A stretch of 26,154 nucleotides of DNA, taken from assembly GCA_013694945.1 (NCBI GenBank), contig JACDBM010000054.1, positions 1 through 26,154 on the forward strand. Reading direction: 5' to 3'. Positions 9,120 through 18,516 of the stretch are shown here, in pieces. This stretch comes from Chthoniobacterales bacterium (GTDB taxonomy: Bacteria; Verrucomicrobiota; Verrucomicrobiia; Chthoniobacterales; UBA10450). Positions within the stretch are counted from its first letter, which is position 1; every line of letters begins with the position of its first letter. The notes under the pieces are model-generated. The model had not been told where the DNA came from, made no database searches, and worked only from the letters and a program-made list of their open reading frames with translations. A program made the translations under genes and the position numbers.

Positions 9120-11915
9120 ATGCTGCGGAACGATAACGAGGATCTGTCGCAGGATGCGAAGCGGCGCGAGGACTTGGAGACCCGCTGTGCCGCGCAAGCG
9201 GCGGAGATCGGAGAGCTGAAAAAGAAAGCGATCTTGGTTAACGCCCGGGTAGCGAGTCTGGATTTGTCCCTCGCAACGCGAGAAAAGGCAATCGCGGAGC
9301 AGCGCGCCAAGATGGCGGAGCTAATCGAATGTAATCGAATTCTTAAGCAAGGGATCGAGACGATCGGAGCGTTTTTCCGGAAGTTGAGCGAGTCGCGCTC
9401 CTTCCACTTCGTCGTATACACTGCCCGAAGATTCGGCCTCGTGAGCCGGACTTCCCGGCAGTGCGTCGAAGCAATCAGAGTTTCGCTTTCTGCGACACGC
9501 AAAGCCCTGAGGCAGGCGCAGCAGGCGAACCCCCGGACTCCGATGACGAAGCCGGCCGACGCGTTCCCTCCACCAGCAAAGTCAGGCCAGCCGCTCGAGG
9601 GGGGTACTGAAAGCGACAAGGCAAATTTGAAGCCGATGATCGACCTGGCCGTGGCTCAACGCCTCGCCGCATCTGCCAAGAATGCCATCGCTCTTCCCGT
9701 CGCCACTCTTCCCAGGGATAACTCCGTTTGTTTTGTGGTTTTCCATCAGTCTGGAGAGCACCACCTCGGCGCGCTCTTGAGCTCTTTCCTCGAGGTGAAC
9801 ACGCTCGCGGAAGTGGAATTCAATATCGTGCTCCAGGCCGGCAGCGATGAAAGCAGCGCAGTGATCCGCTCTTTTCAAGATAGTTGTAAAATCAACGTCT
9901 TGGACTTTGCCGGAAAGCGGTCCTTCGCTTATGCGAATAACCGGGCCGCTGAACAGACAAGCGCAACCCATCTCGTCTTTCTGAACAGCCGTCTTGTTTT
10001 CCGGCAAGATGTTGTCCCTGTCCTCCTTCGGTGTCTTCAGGATCGGCGAATCGGTCTGGTAAGCTTGCGCCTGATATTTTCGCCGATGAATCCAGTCCAT
10101 CCCGGGGGGGTCCAGCATGCCGGGATCAAGTTTCGAGCAGATCCTCCGCATTTCTGCCATCGACCGATCATTCTTGACGCGTGCGCGTTTATCACTGAAA
10201 CGCCGCCTGTCCTGGAGAAATTTCCTGCGGTCACTTCGGCTGCGCTGGCGTGTCGGCGGCGCGAGTTCCTCGCGCTCGGCGGTTTCTGTGAAGACTATCT
10301 CGACGGTTATGAAAACGTGGACCTCTGTCTCTCGTTTCGGCGCTCACTTGGACTCCGTTCTGTCGCGGCGAATCAAGTCGCGTGCATTCACACCGAAAGC
10401 GCCACCGATGAAATGGGGCCGAGTGAAGCCGTTAGGGATTGCGATTTAAGTAACGTAGAACATCTGGGCCGGCGCCATGGGTGGTATCTCCGCCGGCAAA
10501 TACTGGCGGACAAAATGTCAGGCCGTCTCTTTTATTCCGACGAAGCCCTCACCGTTGCCTTCGCGGTCACGGACGCAACTCCCACCAGTACCGCGGGCGA
10601 TTTTTTTAGCGGACAGGAGCTGGCAGAAGCCTGTGCTATTGAATTTGGATGGCACGTTCGCTACCTCTCACGTACCCAAGATTGGTACGATCTCCACGAC
10701 GTCGATGTTTTGATCGTGCTGCTTGATTCTTACGAGCTCTCGAAGATACGCCACGCGAAGCCCGATCTGATCACGATCGCCTGGATGCGCAACTGGTTCG
10801 AACGATGGGTCGCTGGGCCGGACTTCGACCAGTATGATCTGTTCCTCTGCTCGTCGCAAAAGTCCGCCCGCTGGCTCCGTGACGTGCATCGCAAAGCCGC
10901 CTGGGTGTTTCCACTGGCGACCAATCCGAGCCGCTTCGTCGAAGCCAAACCGAACTCCCGTTACCGGTCCGACTACTGCTTCACTGGTAGTTACTGGCAG
11001 TTCGAACGCGCCATCGAATCGGCTCTGCAACCGCAGGCATTGGACAGCTATCAGTTTGCCATTTTCGGAAGCGGCTGGGAAACACATCCCATCCTCAACG
11101 CCCATGCGCGTGGCTTTCTTCCCTATTCTGAAATGCCGAACGTTTACGCTTCCACGCGGATCGTAGTGGATGACGCGAACCATGTGACCAAAGACTGGGG
11201 TTCGGTGAACAGCCGCGTTTTTGATGCTCTGGCAGCCGGCGCTCTGGTGATCACCAATGGCGATATCGGCGCTGCGGAAGTTTTTGATGCCGAACTCCCC
11301 ACCTACCAGTCCGCCGATGAGCTCAAGTCGCTTCTGCGCCGTTATCTGGACAATGAAGTGGAACGTTGTGAGCTGGTGGGCCGGCTACAGCAACGTGTGT
11401 TTGCCCGCCACACCTATCGACATCGAGCCCGCACGCTAAAGAGGATCCTGATCTCCCGGGCGCGCCGTGGCTATCGCGTCTCGTTCAAGATCGACTCCTC
11501 TACCTCCAGCGAGATCCAGGAGTCGAGGGACTTTTGCCTCGCCCGTGGCGTTGGCCGTTCTCTTGCTGGAAAGGGGCACTCGTTTCGCATCGACTGCTTC
11601 GATCAGTGGGACCGGACGGAATGCTTCGGCGACGATGTGGTGATCAGTCTGCGCGGAGCGATCCGCTTTCGACCGAAGCCTGGTCAGATCAATTTACTGT
11701 GCGGCATCAATCCTACTCGCCCAATTGAGGATGAAGAATGCCAAGAGTTCGACCACGTTTTCGTCGCATCGCAGTTCCCCGCGTGTAATCTCGGCGACCA
11801 GGAAACAGAAGTCGTATCGCCTGCCGACCCTGATCTCGCGGCGGCCGCAGAGGAATTATTAACGAAGATCAAGGAACTTGATGAACAAAAACGGGGCGTT
11901 GCCTCGTTGATGTGA
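9120..11915 (+). CDS. Multidomain glycosyltransferase: N-terminal coiled coil, GT2-like domain, CgeB/DUF3880-like GT-B domain, and a truncated second CgeB-like N-domain
   Basis: GT2-like segment (LVFLNSRLVF, QHAGIKF, AVTSAAL, FLALGGFCEDYLDGYENVDLCL). CgeB-like segment (AWMRNW, FPLATNP, YASTRIVVDD, NSRVFDALAAGALVITN). The ORF is open from 8856 and the start is uncertain; 9120 is preferred. Confidence 0.85.
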   Translation: MLRNDNEDLSQDAKRREDLETRCAAQAAEIGELKKKAILVNARVASLDLSLATREKAIAEQRAKMAELIECNRILKQGIETIGAFFRKLSESRSFHFVVYTARRFGLVSRTSRQCVEAIRVSLSATRKALRQAQQANPRTPMTKPADAFPPPAKSGQPLEGGTESDKANLKPMIDLAVAQRLAASAKNAIALPVATLPRDNSVCFVVFHQSGEHHLGALLSSFLEVNTLAEVEFNIVLQAGSDESSAVIRSFQDSCKINVLDFAGKRSFAYANNRAAEQTSATHLVFLNSRLVFRQDVVPVLLRCLQDRRIGLVSLRLIFSPMNPVHPGGVQHAGIKFRADPPHFCHRPIILDACAFITETPPVLEKFPAVTSAALACRRREFLALGGFCEDYLDGYENVDLCLSFRRSLGLRSVAANQVACIHTESATDEMGPSEAVRDCDLSNVEHLGRRHGWYLRRQILADKMSGRLFYSDEALTVAFAVTDATPTSTAGDFFSGQELAEACAIEFGWHVRYLSRTQDWYDLHDVDVLIVLLDSYELSKIRHAKPDLITIAWMRNWFERWVAGPDFDQYDLFLCSSQKSARWLRDVHRKAAWVFPLATNPSRFVEAKPNSRYRSDYCFTGSYWQFERAIESALQPQALDSYQFAIFGSGWETHPILNAHARGFLPYSEMPNVYASTRIVVDDANHVTKDWGSVNSRVFDALAAGALVITNGDIGAAEVFDAELPTYQSADELKSLLRRYLDNEVERCELVGRLQQRVFARHTYRHRARTLKRILISRARRGYRVSFKIDSSTSSEIQESRDFCLARGVGRSLAGKGHSFRIDCFDQWDRTECFGDDVVISLRGAIRFRPKPGQINLLCGINPTRPIEDEECQEFDHVFVASQFPACNLGDQETEVVSPADPDLAAAAEELLTKIKELDEQKRGVASLM

Positions 11916-12012
11916 GCGATTCGGCGGATCGAAGATCAACCGTTGCTGCCTTGCATCCCGAGGGCAGAAACGAGTACGGTGCGCCACCCGGGATCGTGTA
12001 AAGGAGTGAATC

Positions 12013-14268
12013 ATGGTCGATAAGGCGGTGGGGTATTATCTGTCGGACAACAAGAACGGTGATCCCCATGTTATCAATCTTATGCTCGCTTCCGCTTCGG
12101 AGAGTGGGCAGGAATTAGCTGGGTTATATAACGACGATTCATCGGCGGACACGTCTCTGAATCGGAGAGGCTTGGTTGACGCTATGACGCGCCTAAGCGT
12201 CTTGGGCGCCAATCGTCTCCTGATACACCATCTGTCCGATGTCTTTTCGAACAGGACGGATGCAGACTTTCTCATTGGCAACGCCCTTGTTGCAGACAGA
12301 ATTGTCATCCAGGCAGTCGATGAAGCCCTGGCATCGGACACAGAGGACGGTCGGAAAAGACTTGCGGAGTACGCCAGAACTTTAACAGACGCGCACGTTC
12401 CCCTGTCGATTCAGGCGTCGAAAGCAATTGGGGAGGTTAGCTATCTCACCCTACTAAAGTCTTGCCACGAGATTTTACGTCCCGACCTCTACGTTGAGAT
12501 TGGTGTGAAGTATGGCAAGTCGATGCTCTTAGCTTCGTGTCGGGCGGTTGGCATTGATCCAGTGCCCAGGAAGAAAGGTCCGCTGCCCAATTTGAAAGCG
12601 GAAATACACACTGCCACAAGCGATGCTTTTTTCGCGAATCCCCGCCTGCACAAGGTTATTCCTCCCGGAACGATCGACCTCGCGTTCATCGACGGCATGC
12701 ACCTGTTTGAGTTTGCGCTCCGCGATTTCATCAACATCGAGAAGAACTCCCACTCCCGGACTGTCGTCGTGATCGACGACGTGTGCCCGCGCAATGCTCT
12801 GGAAGCTATGCCGGATTGGCTGGTTCAATCATGGGCGGGTGACATCTGGAAACTGATCGTATGTTTACGCCGTTTTCGTCCTGAGTTGGAGGTGGTTGTG
12901 ACAGACGCTCATCCCACGGGGATCGCTCTCGTGGCAGGTCTCAACGCCACAAATACCGTTCTTGTGAATCAATACTCTGAGATAATAGAGCATTTTTCCG
13001 AGGTCGATTATTGCACGGTCGGCGACTACCGAGATTACGTTTTATCTAAGTTCCCCTCCAATTCTCCTTACATCGCAGAATTCCTTAAAAAAAAACGGCG
13101 CGCAATTCCGCTGGACCTGACATCAGATCAGGGACTCTGCGAAAGAGTTGAAATCGATGTTGGGGGGGACCCGCGGTATCAAAATCCCACTTTCGAAGTC
13201 CTCTTTGACGGATCGAGTTTAAACGGGCCGGCTGCCCCCCGGTTCTTTCGGCGTTGGCGCGATGTCACAATGTGCTCGCCAGCAGTCGGCATTAGTCTCT
13301 TCAAAGATGTCTCGTTCGTGCGGGCTACGGAAGTGAACCGGGCTTGCTTCTTCGATGAAAACGGCGGCTTGTTAAGCGCGTCTTTAGTGCCGCGCTACGG
13401 TTATGGTAGCAACGGAGCAGGCTCGCGACTAAAGCGGTTAGGCGGACGGGTTCTGCTGCATCAGACCGGAAATTACGACCGCGATGACGTAGTCGATTTA
13501 ATGGAGACAATTGACGAGGTCGTGGACGAACCGACGTTCCTGCTCGGTTTCCTCGATAAGCAGTTTGGTCATTTCCTGACCGAAAGCCTCTCTCGGACCT
13601 GGGCTTTGGATCACCCGCTGGCGCGTGACTGCAAATTTCTGGTGTGGGCGGACAACGATATTCTGCCGTTCCATCGCGAAGCGCTCAATCTGCTGGGTAT
13701 TTCAGAGAACTCCTTGATTTATGGAAACAGGGCGCTCAAGTTTCGCCGTCTTTTGATTCCGGATCGAGGCTACCGATTGTTTGGGGCTGCTTCGCCAGTA
13801 ATGACTCGATCCTGGGACAGAATTCGAAGTGCGGGGTGCGCTAAAACGTCCACCCGAACAGAGGGACGGTTGTATCTCTCCCGGCGTGGGAACCCCAAGC
13901 GCCGGCTCCTCAAAGAAAAAGAAGTAGAAGCCCTCTTTGAGCGCCTCGATTTCAATATTGTACAGCCAGAAACTCTGAGCTTTACCCAGCAAGTTGCTTT
14001 AGTGGGATCTTGTAATCGTTTGGCCGGTAGTTTCGGGAGCCAGATGCATCTCTCAATGTTCATGCCTTCAGAGGCGAAGAAGCTCATTCTCGCGCCGAGC
14101 AATTTCGTCTTTCCCGATGAGGCAATCATCTCATCCGTGAAGAGCGTCGCGACGGCTTTCTTTATAGCCCCTTCGAACGACACAGCACTCGCGGATTCTA
14201 TATCGTCGGACTGGGATATTGATCTGGAGGTGTTAGAAAATTGCGTCGAGGCTTGGATGACAGCTTAG
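12013..14268 (+). CDS. Fusion of class I SAM methyltransferase (Methyltransf_24-like) and GT61/DUF563 glycosyltransferase
   Basis: SD AAGGAG at 12001-12006. MTase motifs LYVEIGVKYGKS, IDLAFIDGMHLFEFALRDF and VVIDDV. GT61 motifs QFGHFLTESLSR, RLYLSR, RRLLKEKEV, PETLSFTQQV and GSQMHLSMF. Confidence 0.85.
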   Translation: MVDKAVGYYLSDNKNGDPHVINLMLASASESGQELAGLYNDDSSADTSLNRRGLVDAMTRLSVLGANRLLIHHLSDVFSNRTDADFLIGNALVADRIVIQAVDEALASDTEDGRKRLAEYARTLTDAHVPLSIQASKAIGEVSYLTLLKSCHEILRPDLYVEIGVKYGKSMLLASCRAVGIDPVPRKKGPLPNLKAEIHTATSDAFFANPRLHKVIPPGTIDLAFIDGMHLFEFALRDFINIEKNSHSRTVVVIDDVCPRNALEAMPDWLVQSWAGDIWKLIVCLRRFRPELEVVVTDAHPTGIALVAGLNATNTVLVNQYSEIIEHFSEVDYCTVGDYRDYVLSKFPSNSPYIAEFLKKKRRAIPLDLTSDQGLCERVEIDVGGDPRYQNPTFEVLFDGSSLNGPAAPRFFRRWRDVTMCSPAVGISLFKDVSFVRATEVNRACFFDENGGLLSASLVPRYGYGSNGAGSRLKRLGGRVLLHQTGNYDRDDVVDLMETIDEVVDEPTFLLGFLDKQFGHFLTESLSRTWALDHPLARDCKFLVWADNDILPFHREALNLLGISENSLIYGNRALKFRRLLIPDRGYRLFGAASPVMTRSWDRIRSAGCAKTSTRTEGRLYLSRRGNPKRRLLKEKEVEALFERLDFNIVQPETLSFTQQVALVGSCNRLAGSFGSQMHLSMFMPSEAKKLILAPSNFVFPDEAIISSVKSVATAFFIAPSNDTALADSISSDWDIDLEVLENCVEAWMTA

Positions 14269-14432
14269 CTCAATGGGGGCGAAACGAGCCATCTATCTAC
14301 ATGGGCCCGCCCAAGCTTTTAGATGTTGCCCTGCGCTGTTACAGGCCGTGATAAATATTGCCGGGCAACGTTTCCGAGCGTTGTCATGTATCGCTCAGAT
14401 TCCGATGTTCTCGGCGCCGCTTGGGATGTGCC

Positions 14433-15266
14433 TCAATGCTCACTCCAAACGGACTTTGGGCCCGATTTCCGAAACGCTGTCAAGAAATCCCGATAAAATA
14501 AATTAAATCCCTTTGGGAGAGGAAGCGGTCCAAAGAGCCAGTCACGATGCTGGTGAGTTTCGTCACCCTCAATCTGCTCCGCAGTGCGGAGATTCGACGA
14601 ACCACTAACATGGTAGCATGTATACTGATGTTCGTCGATAATCGTCTGCAAATGCTCTTCGGTTCTGCCTTTCAACACCTCGCAGATTATCCAAGGCCGG
14701 TGCTCTCGTATCACGTGAGCTGCCCCGCGCAAAACTTCAGGCTCGGTCGACTCAGTATCAATCTTAATAAGTTGTGGAAAGTAATCCGTTTCGATGGCGT
14801 CAGCATCGAGGGTGATTAGAGGAACTTTGATCTGCGCTTTCGCCAGTCGAAAGGTCGGGTTTAGGGAGTTCGAAGCATCCGACCTCGCCGACACATGCAG
14901 AACCGCCTCGCCTGCTTGATCGCCTACGGCGGCTTCGACAATGCTGATGGCAAGCTTATTTGTCTCGGTCAGAAGTCTGAGCACCCGGACGAGCGATGGC
15001 AGGGGTTCGAACGCCTTGGTTTGGAGCCTTCCCTGGGCGAGTCTTGAGAGCACCAGAGAGTAAAGTCCAATGTTTGCTCCTACATCTGAAAACCGCTTAA
15101 CATCGAAAAAGATAATCAGCGCGGCAGCTAAGGCGAGCGTGTCCGGTTCGTATGCGGCCAACCCGCCTGCTGCCAATACCTCGTATACTATGGTGCCTCG
15201 AGCTGCTGAAAAATCGAGGTCTTCGGACGAGCCGCGGCCGTCTACGTTGGGCATTTTGACGAGCAT
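14433..15266 (-). CDS. FkbM family methyltransferase
   Basis: DVGANIGLYS, AFEPLP, AAVGDQAG, ITLD, LIKIDTESTEPEVLRGA and PWIICEV. Confidence 0.88.
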   Translation of the reverse strand: MLVKMPNVDGRGSSEDLDFSAARGTIVYEVLAAGGLAAYEPDTLALAAALIIFFDVKRFSDVGANIGLYSLVLSRLAQGRLQTKAFEPLPSLVRVLRLLTETNKLAISIVEAAVGDQAGEAVLHVSARSDASNSLNPTFRLAKAQIKVPLITLDADAIETDYFPQLIKIDTESTEPEVLRGAAHVIREHRPWIICEVLKGRTEEHLQTIIDEHQYTCYHVSGSSNLRTAEQIEGDETHQHRDWLFGPLPLPKGFNLFYRDFLTAFRKSGPKSVWSEH

Positions 15267-15493
15267 TCCTAGAGGTATCGCCCAACGAATGCTCGGTCAA
15301 TGAGTATGCATGAGTCGACTACGTTCGCGGCGCCATTACATCAATTCCCGCGGCGGGGCGTGCGCTCCGTCACACGATGAGCGATCGGCGTCCAGCTATT
15401 CGACTTCAGCAGCTCTACATTCCCAACCGCTTTCGATCGCGAGAACGCGCGATCTTCTACGTGCCGAACACCGTTGCGCAAGCTCTCTCTCCC

Positions 15494-15968
15494 ACTCTCT
15501 TTGCGGCCCACAATGGGGCCGACGGCCAAGTCATCAGAGAATGCCAGCCCCGGCACCGGCACCAGGAGTGGCTGAAATTTCTGCGCCTGATCGACGCGTA
15601 AACTCCGCCGGCCCGGCCCTGCACTTGATCCTGGGATAACTACGCCGCGCACAAGCATCCCAAAGTCAAAGCCTGGCTGGCGACCCATCCCCGCTTCCAC
15701 CTGCACTTCACTCCCACGAGCGCTTCCTGGCTTAACATGGTGGAACGCTTTTTCCGCGATCTCACCACCAAACGATTACGGCGCGGCGTCTTCCACAGCG
15801 TCCCCGAATTGGTCGCCGCACTGCAGGACTACCTCGCACAACACAATCAAGCTCCCGCGCCCTTTATCTTGACCGCACAAGCCACCGATATCCTCATGAA
15901 AGTGAAACGCGCTCGGAAAAAACTGCCGGCCCGCAAAAAGGTTCAATAATTGCGACGGACTACACTAG
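15494..15968 (+). mobile_element. IS630-family remnant: 3' part of a degraded transposase plus the right end
   Basis: TLFAA..., [52 protein letters not shown] and LRRGVF. There is an in-frame TAA at 15599-15601 and a compensating -1/+1 pair before DNY. The element ends ...CTACACTAG (15960-15968), the IS630-type CTAG/TA end. The 5' half and left end are absent. Confidence 0.88.
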
Positions 15969-16030
15969 GAGCCGGACTCAATTCCGGTTCCCTCTCGCGT
16001 TCGGATCAGACAGTGCCCGCAGCCGGCGAT

Positions 16031-16729
16031 TCACTTTTCCGCGACGAAGCAAAAGTGTCCCGAAAAAGTTAACTTACGATGCAGGATTTTGCGCCCGCTT
16101 ACATTATTTTTGCGCCCCTCCCTCTCAATCCTGCGATGGAGGAGTCCTTCTTCCTGAAAGAAACGGCGATATTTTTTGTCCCGGTTCCGGAAAGAGCGAG
16201 CAATCAGGGAATAAGCATCAATCCCAGGGCGAAACTCAATGACTTTCAAGCCCGCTGATTCTACGAGAGTGTTGAAGCCGTAGATGGTGAAATTCCACAG
16301 GCTCAGCGAATGATACGGCTCAAGCTGCGAGACCGATCCGAGAAATTTTCCGCCTCGACGCAAAACACGTCCGACATCACACATCAATCGTTCAGGATAT
16401 CGAACGTGTTCGAAGACTTGGTTGCTGAAAACGATGTCGAAGCGTTCCGCGCCGTAAGGGATATCGACACCATCATAGTGTTTGAAAACGGCGTCGGATC
16501 TGACCCTCGCATTGGACTCGGGAGAGACTTCGATGTCGAGCCCATGATACTCGACGTTTGCCGACATTGCGCGAACGGTATCGACGAAGTTTCCGGTACC
16601 GCACCCGAGATCCAGAAACGCAGCAGGCCTGGACGTATCGAGGTGCTTTCTCAAAATCATTTCGGCCGTGAACTGCCGGGTATCGTCATCTGGTAATGTG
16701 TGTTTAATACTTTCCCAGTAAGAGTCCAT
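16031..16729 (-). CDS. Class I SAM-dependent methyltransferase (Methyltransf_11-like)
   Basis: FLDLGCGTG, YHGLDI, FDIVFSNQVFEHV and RVLRRGG. Confidence 0.88.
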   Translation of the reverse strand: MDSYWESIKHTLPDDDTRQFTAEMILRKHLDTSRPAAFLDLGCGTGNFVDTVRAMSANVEYHGLDIEVSPESNARVRSDAVFKHYDGVDIPYGAERFDIVFSNQVFEHVRYPERLMCDVGRVLRRGGKFLGSVSQLEPYHSLSLWNFTIYGFNTLVESAGLKVIEFRPGIDAYSLIARSFRNRDKKYRRFFQEEGLLHRRIEREGRKNNVSGRKILHRKLTFSGHFCFVAEK

Positions 16730-16854
16730 AATTTAAGCCGTGTTGCGTTTTCTTGCTCGGAGACCCGGTGGCCGAGGCACCCAGTTCATATCTTTCTGCC
16801 ACAGTGGCAAGTGAATCCTGACACTCCAAGCCCGCCCGGTCGCGTCGGTGAGCG

Positions 16855-17454
16855 TTATCTAGGCCGCTTATAAATAAAGAACTCTGCCGGACTCGTATTG
16901 TGTCGATCCATGACGTCCCAAGGATATCGACTCGGGATGTGCTGGATCAGATCCCAATCCGGTTGCTGCACTTCGACCCACGTTGTGAATTGCCGGTCGC
17001 GCACGTGCTCGGCCAAGACTGCGTTTCTGTTGGTCGAATAGACAATCACGTACCGGTGGGATGCTCGGAAGAGGCCCGCCATGTAATGAGTGAACACATC
17101 ATCTTCAACCAAGTGAAAAATCACATCGAGTGACAGCGCCAACTCGAAGCCGCGCGGTGCAGGAAGCTCAGCGGGCAGGTAGAAGCGCTTGCTGGTGTCG
17201 TGCTGAAATCGCGCCCGGCATTTGTCGACCGCCGTCGCCGAGACGTCGATCCCGACGTAGTGGGGATACTTCGCAAGCGAGAGCTGGGCCCCATCTCCAC
17301 AACCGAAATCGATAACGTCCCGAATGCCATGTTCCAGCACGAAGCGATTGAGGACCTCGGCTTTGAATTCAGCCAGCCTGCCATACGATCCGGCGCCTGA
17401 ATGGCTGCCGCAACCGTAGCGTCGTTCCCAGTATTCTGCCGAACTGAAAGTCAT
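16855..17454 (-). CDS. Class I SAM-dependent methyltransferase
   Basis: YWERRY...SGAGSYG, VIDFGCGDG, YVGIDVS, LALSLDVIFHL and YVIVYS. The ORF track starts at GTG 17472. Confidence 0.85.
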   Translation of the reverse strand: MTFSSAEYWERRYGCGSHSGAGSYGRLAEFKAEVLNRFVLEHGIRDVIDFGCGDGAQLSLAKYPHYVGIDVSATAVDKCRARFQHDTSKRFYLPAELPAPRGFELALSLDVIFHLVEDDVFTHYMAGLFRASHRYVIVYSTNRNAVLAEHVRDRQFTTWVEVQQPDWDLIQHIPSRYPWDVMDRHNTSPAEFFIYKRPR

Positions 17455-17623
17455 GCTCCTTAGTGCAGCCACAATGTTGCAGTAACAGGAAACAGGCAGT
17501 CAACGGGTCGGGACCGGTTACGAATATTTATGTAGACGTTTTCTGCGAAACGTCCGAGGGAGTTCCATCACCTCAACGACCCAGTAAGCGCGCCGGGTCA
17601 CCGCATGTGGACCTGCTTCACGT

Positions 17624-18364
17624 TCAGGAAGCCGTTGGTGCTGCGGCCGTTCGTTTTCTGAACAGGAAAGCCGAGTGCGAGGTGAGCTTTCTAACCGCCT
17701 GCAGGGGAACGGCTGCCTGGGAGAGGTCGTCGGCGGAGACGGGGATGTCCGCCCGCTCAAAATCCTTAAATAGAGAAAGCACCCGGTGTTCGAAATCCTC
17801 CGTGCCGAAGGAGCGAACGTGATCGAATTGACCGTACATTTCTTCGCGAACCTGTAGCGGCAGTTCGTTCAAATCTTCCCGATAAAACCGGGTAAAGAAT
17901 GGGACGCAGAACAGATGAAAGCCGCCTGGCTGGATAGCGGCATTCATGCACTGAATTACGCGGGTGAGGTCGGCGGGGACGTGTTCGAGAACATGGGAGT
18001 GCACAAGTCCCTGCACGCTTTCGGGTTCCAGGTAAGCATGGGGATCACTCAGGTCGATCTTACGAACTGAGAGCCAAGCATAAGATTCCGGCGTGAAATC
18101 CGCCGCCTGATAGGCAAGCCCATATCTTGCCTGCAAGAGATTGGTGATCGCCTGCTCCGGCGCGAAGTGAATCACTGGAGCGCCTGTCGGCTCCGGGAGC
18201 GCGCGTTTGATCACAAGGCCGAGGAGCCGAGCCCGTTCATGGGCGCCGCATCCGGCGCAACGGCCCGCGGGGCGGCCTCGATAAGGCGCAAAAGTATCCG
18301 ATCCGCACAGCGGACAGAGATGCTCGATCACGGACTCTTGCGACATCGGCCCGTTCAAAACCAT
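17624..18364 (-). CDS. SAM-dependent methyltransferase with N-terminal CxxC...CxxC (zinc-ribbon-like) segment
   Basis: CPLC...CAGCGAHER, VIHFAPE, HSHVLEHVP, IQPGG and YGQFDHVRSFG. Alternative ATG at 18346. Confidence 0.78.
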   Translation of the reverse strand: MVLNGPMSQESVIEHLCPLCGSDTFAPYRGRPAGRCAGCGAHERARLLGLVIKRALPEPTGAPVIHFAPEQAITNLLQARYGLAYQAADFTPESYAWLSVRKIDLSDPHAYLEPESVQGLVHSHVLEHVPADLTRVIQCMNAAIQPGGFHLFCVPFFTRFYREDLNELPLQVREEMYGQFDHVRSFGTEDFEHRVLSLFKDFERADIPVSADDLSQAAVPLQAVRKLTSHSAFLFRKRTAAAPTAS

Positions 18365-18516
18365 GAGCGCAGCCTAGACGAGCACCGCCTCACCGTCTAG
18401 CTGTGGGGTTCGAGACAAGGTTTCACCGTTCCCCATTCGAGTGCGACCTCGCCATCCCGAGCGGCCTTTCCCTGGCCGAAAGCTGGCAACAAACTCCCGT
18501 GGACTTCAGATTCTTC

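Noticed and set aside
14275-14300. GGGGGCGAAA resembling a tmRNA 5' end
   Set aside because: It lacks the following TTCGAC D-loop-like motif, there is no matching 3' tRNA-like end, and the gap is only 164 bp.
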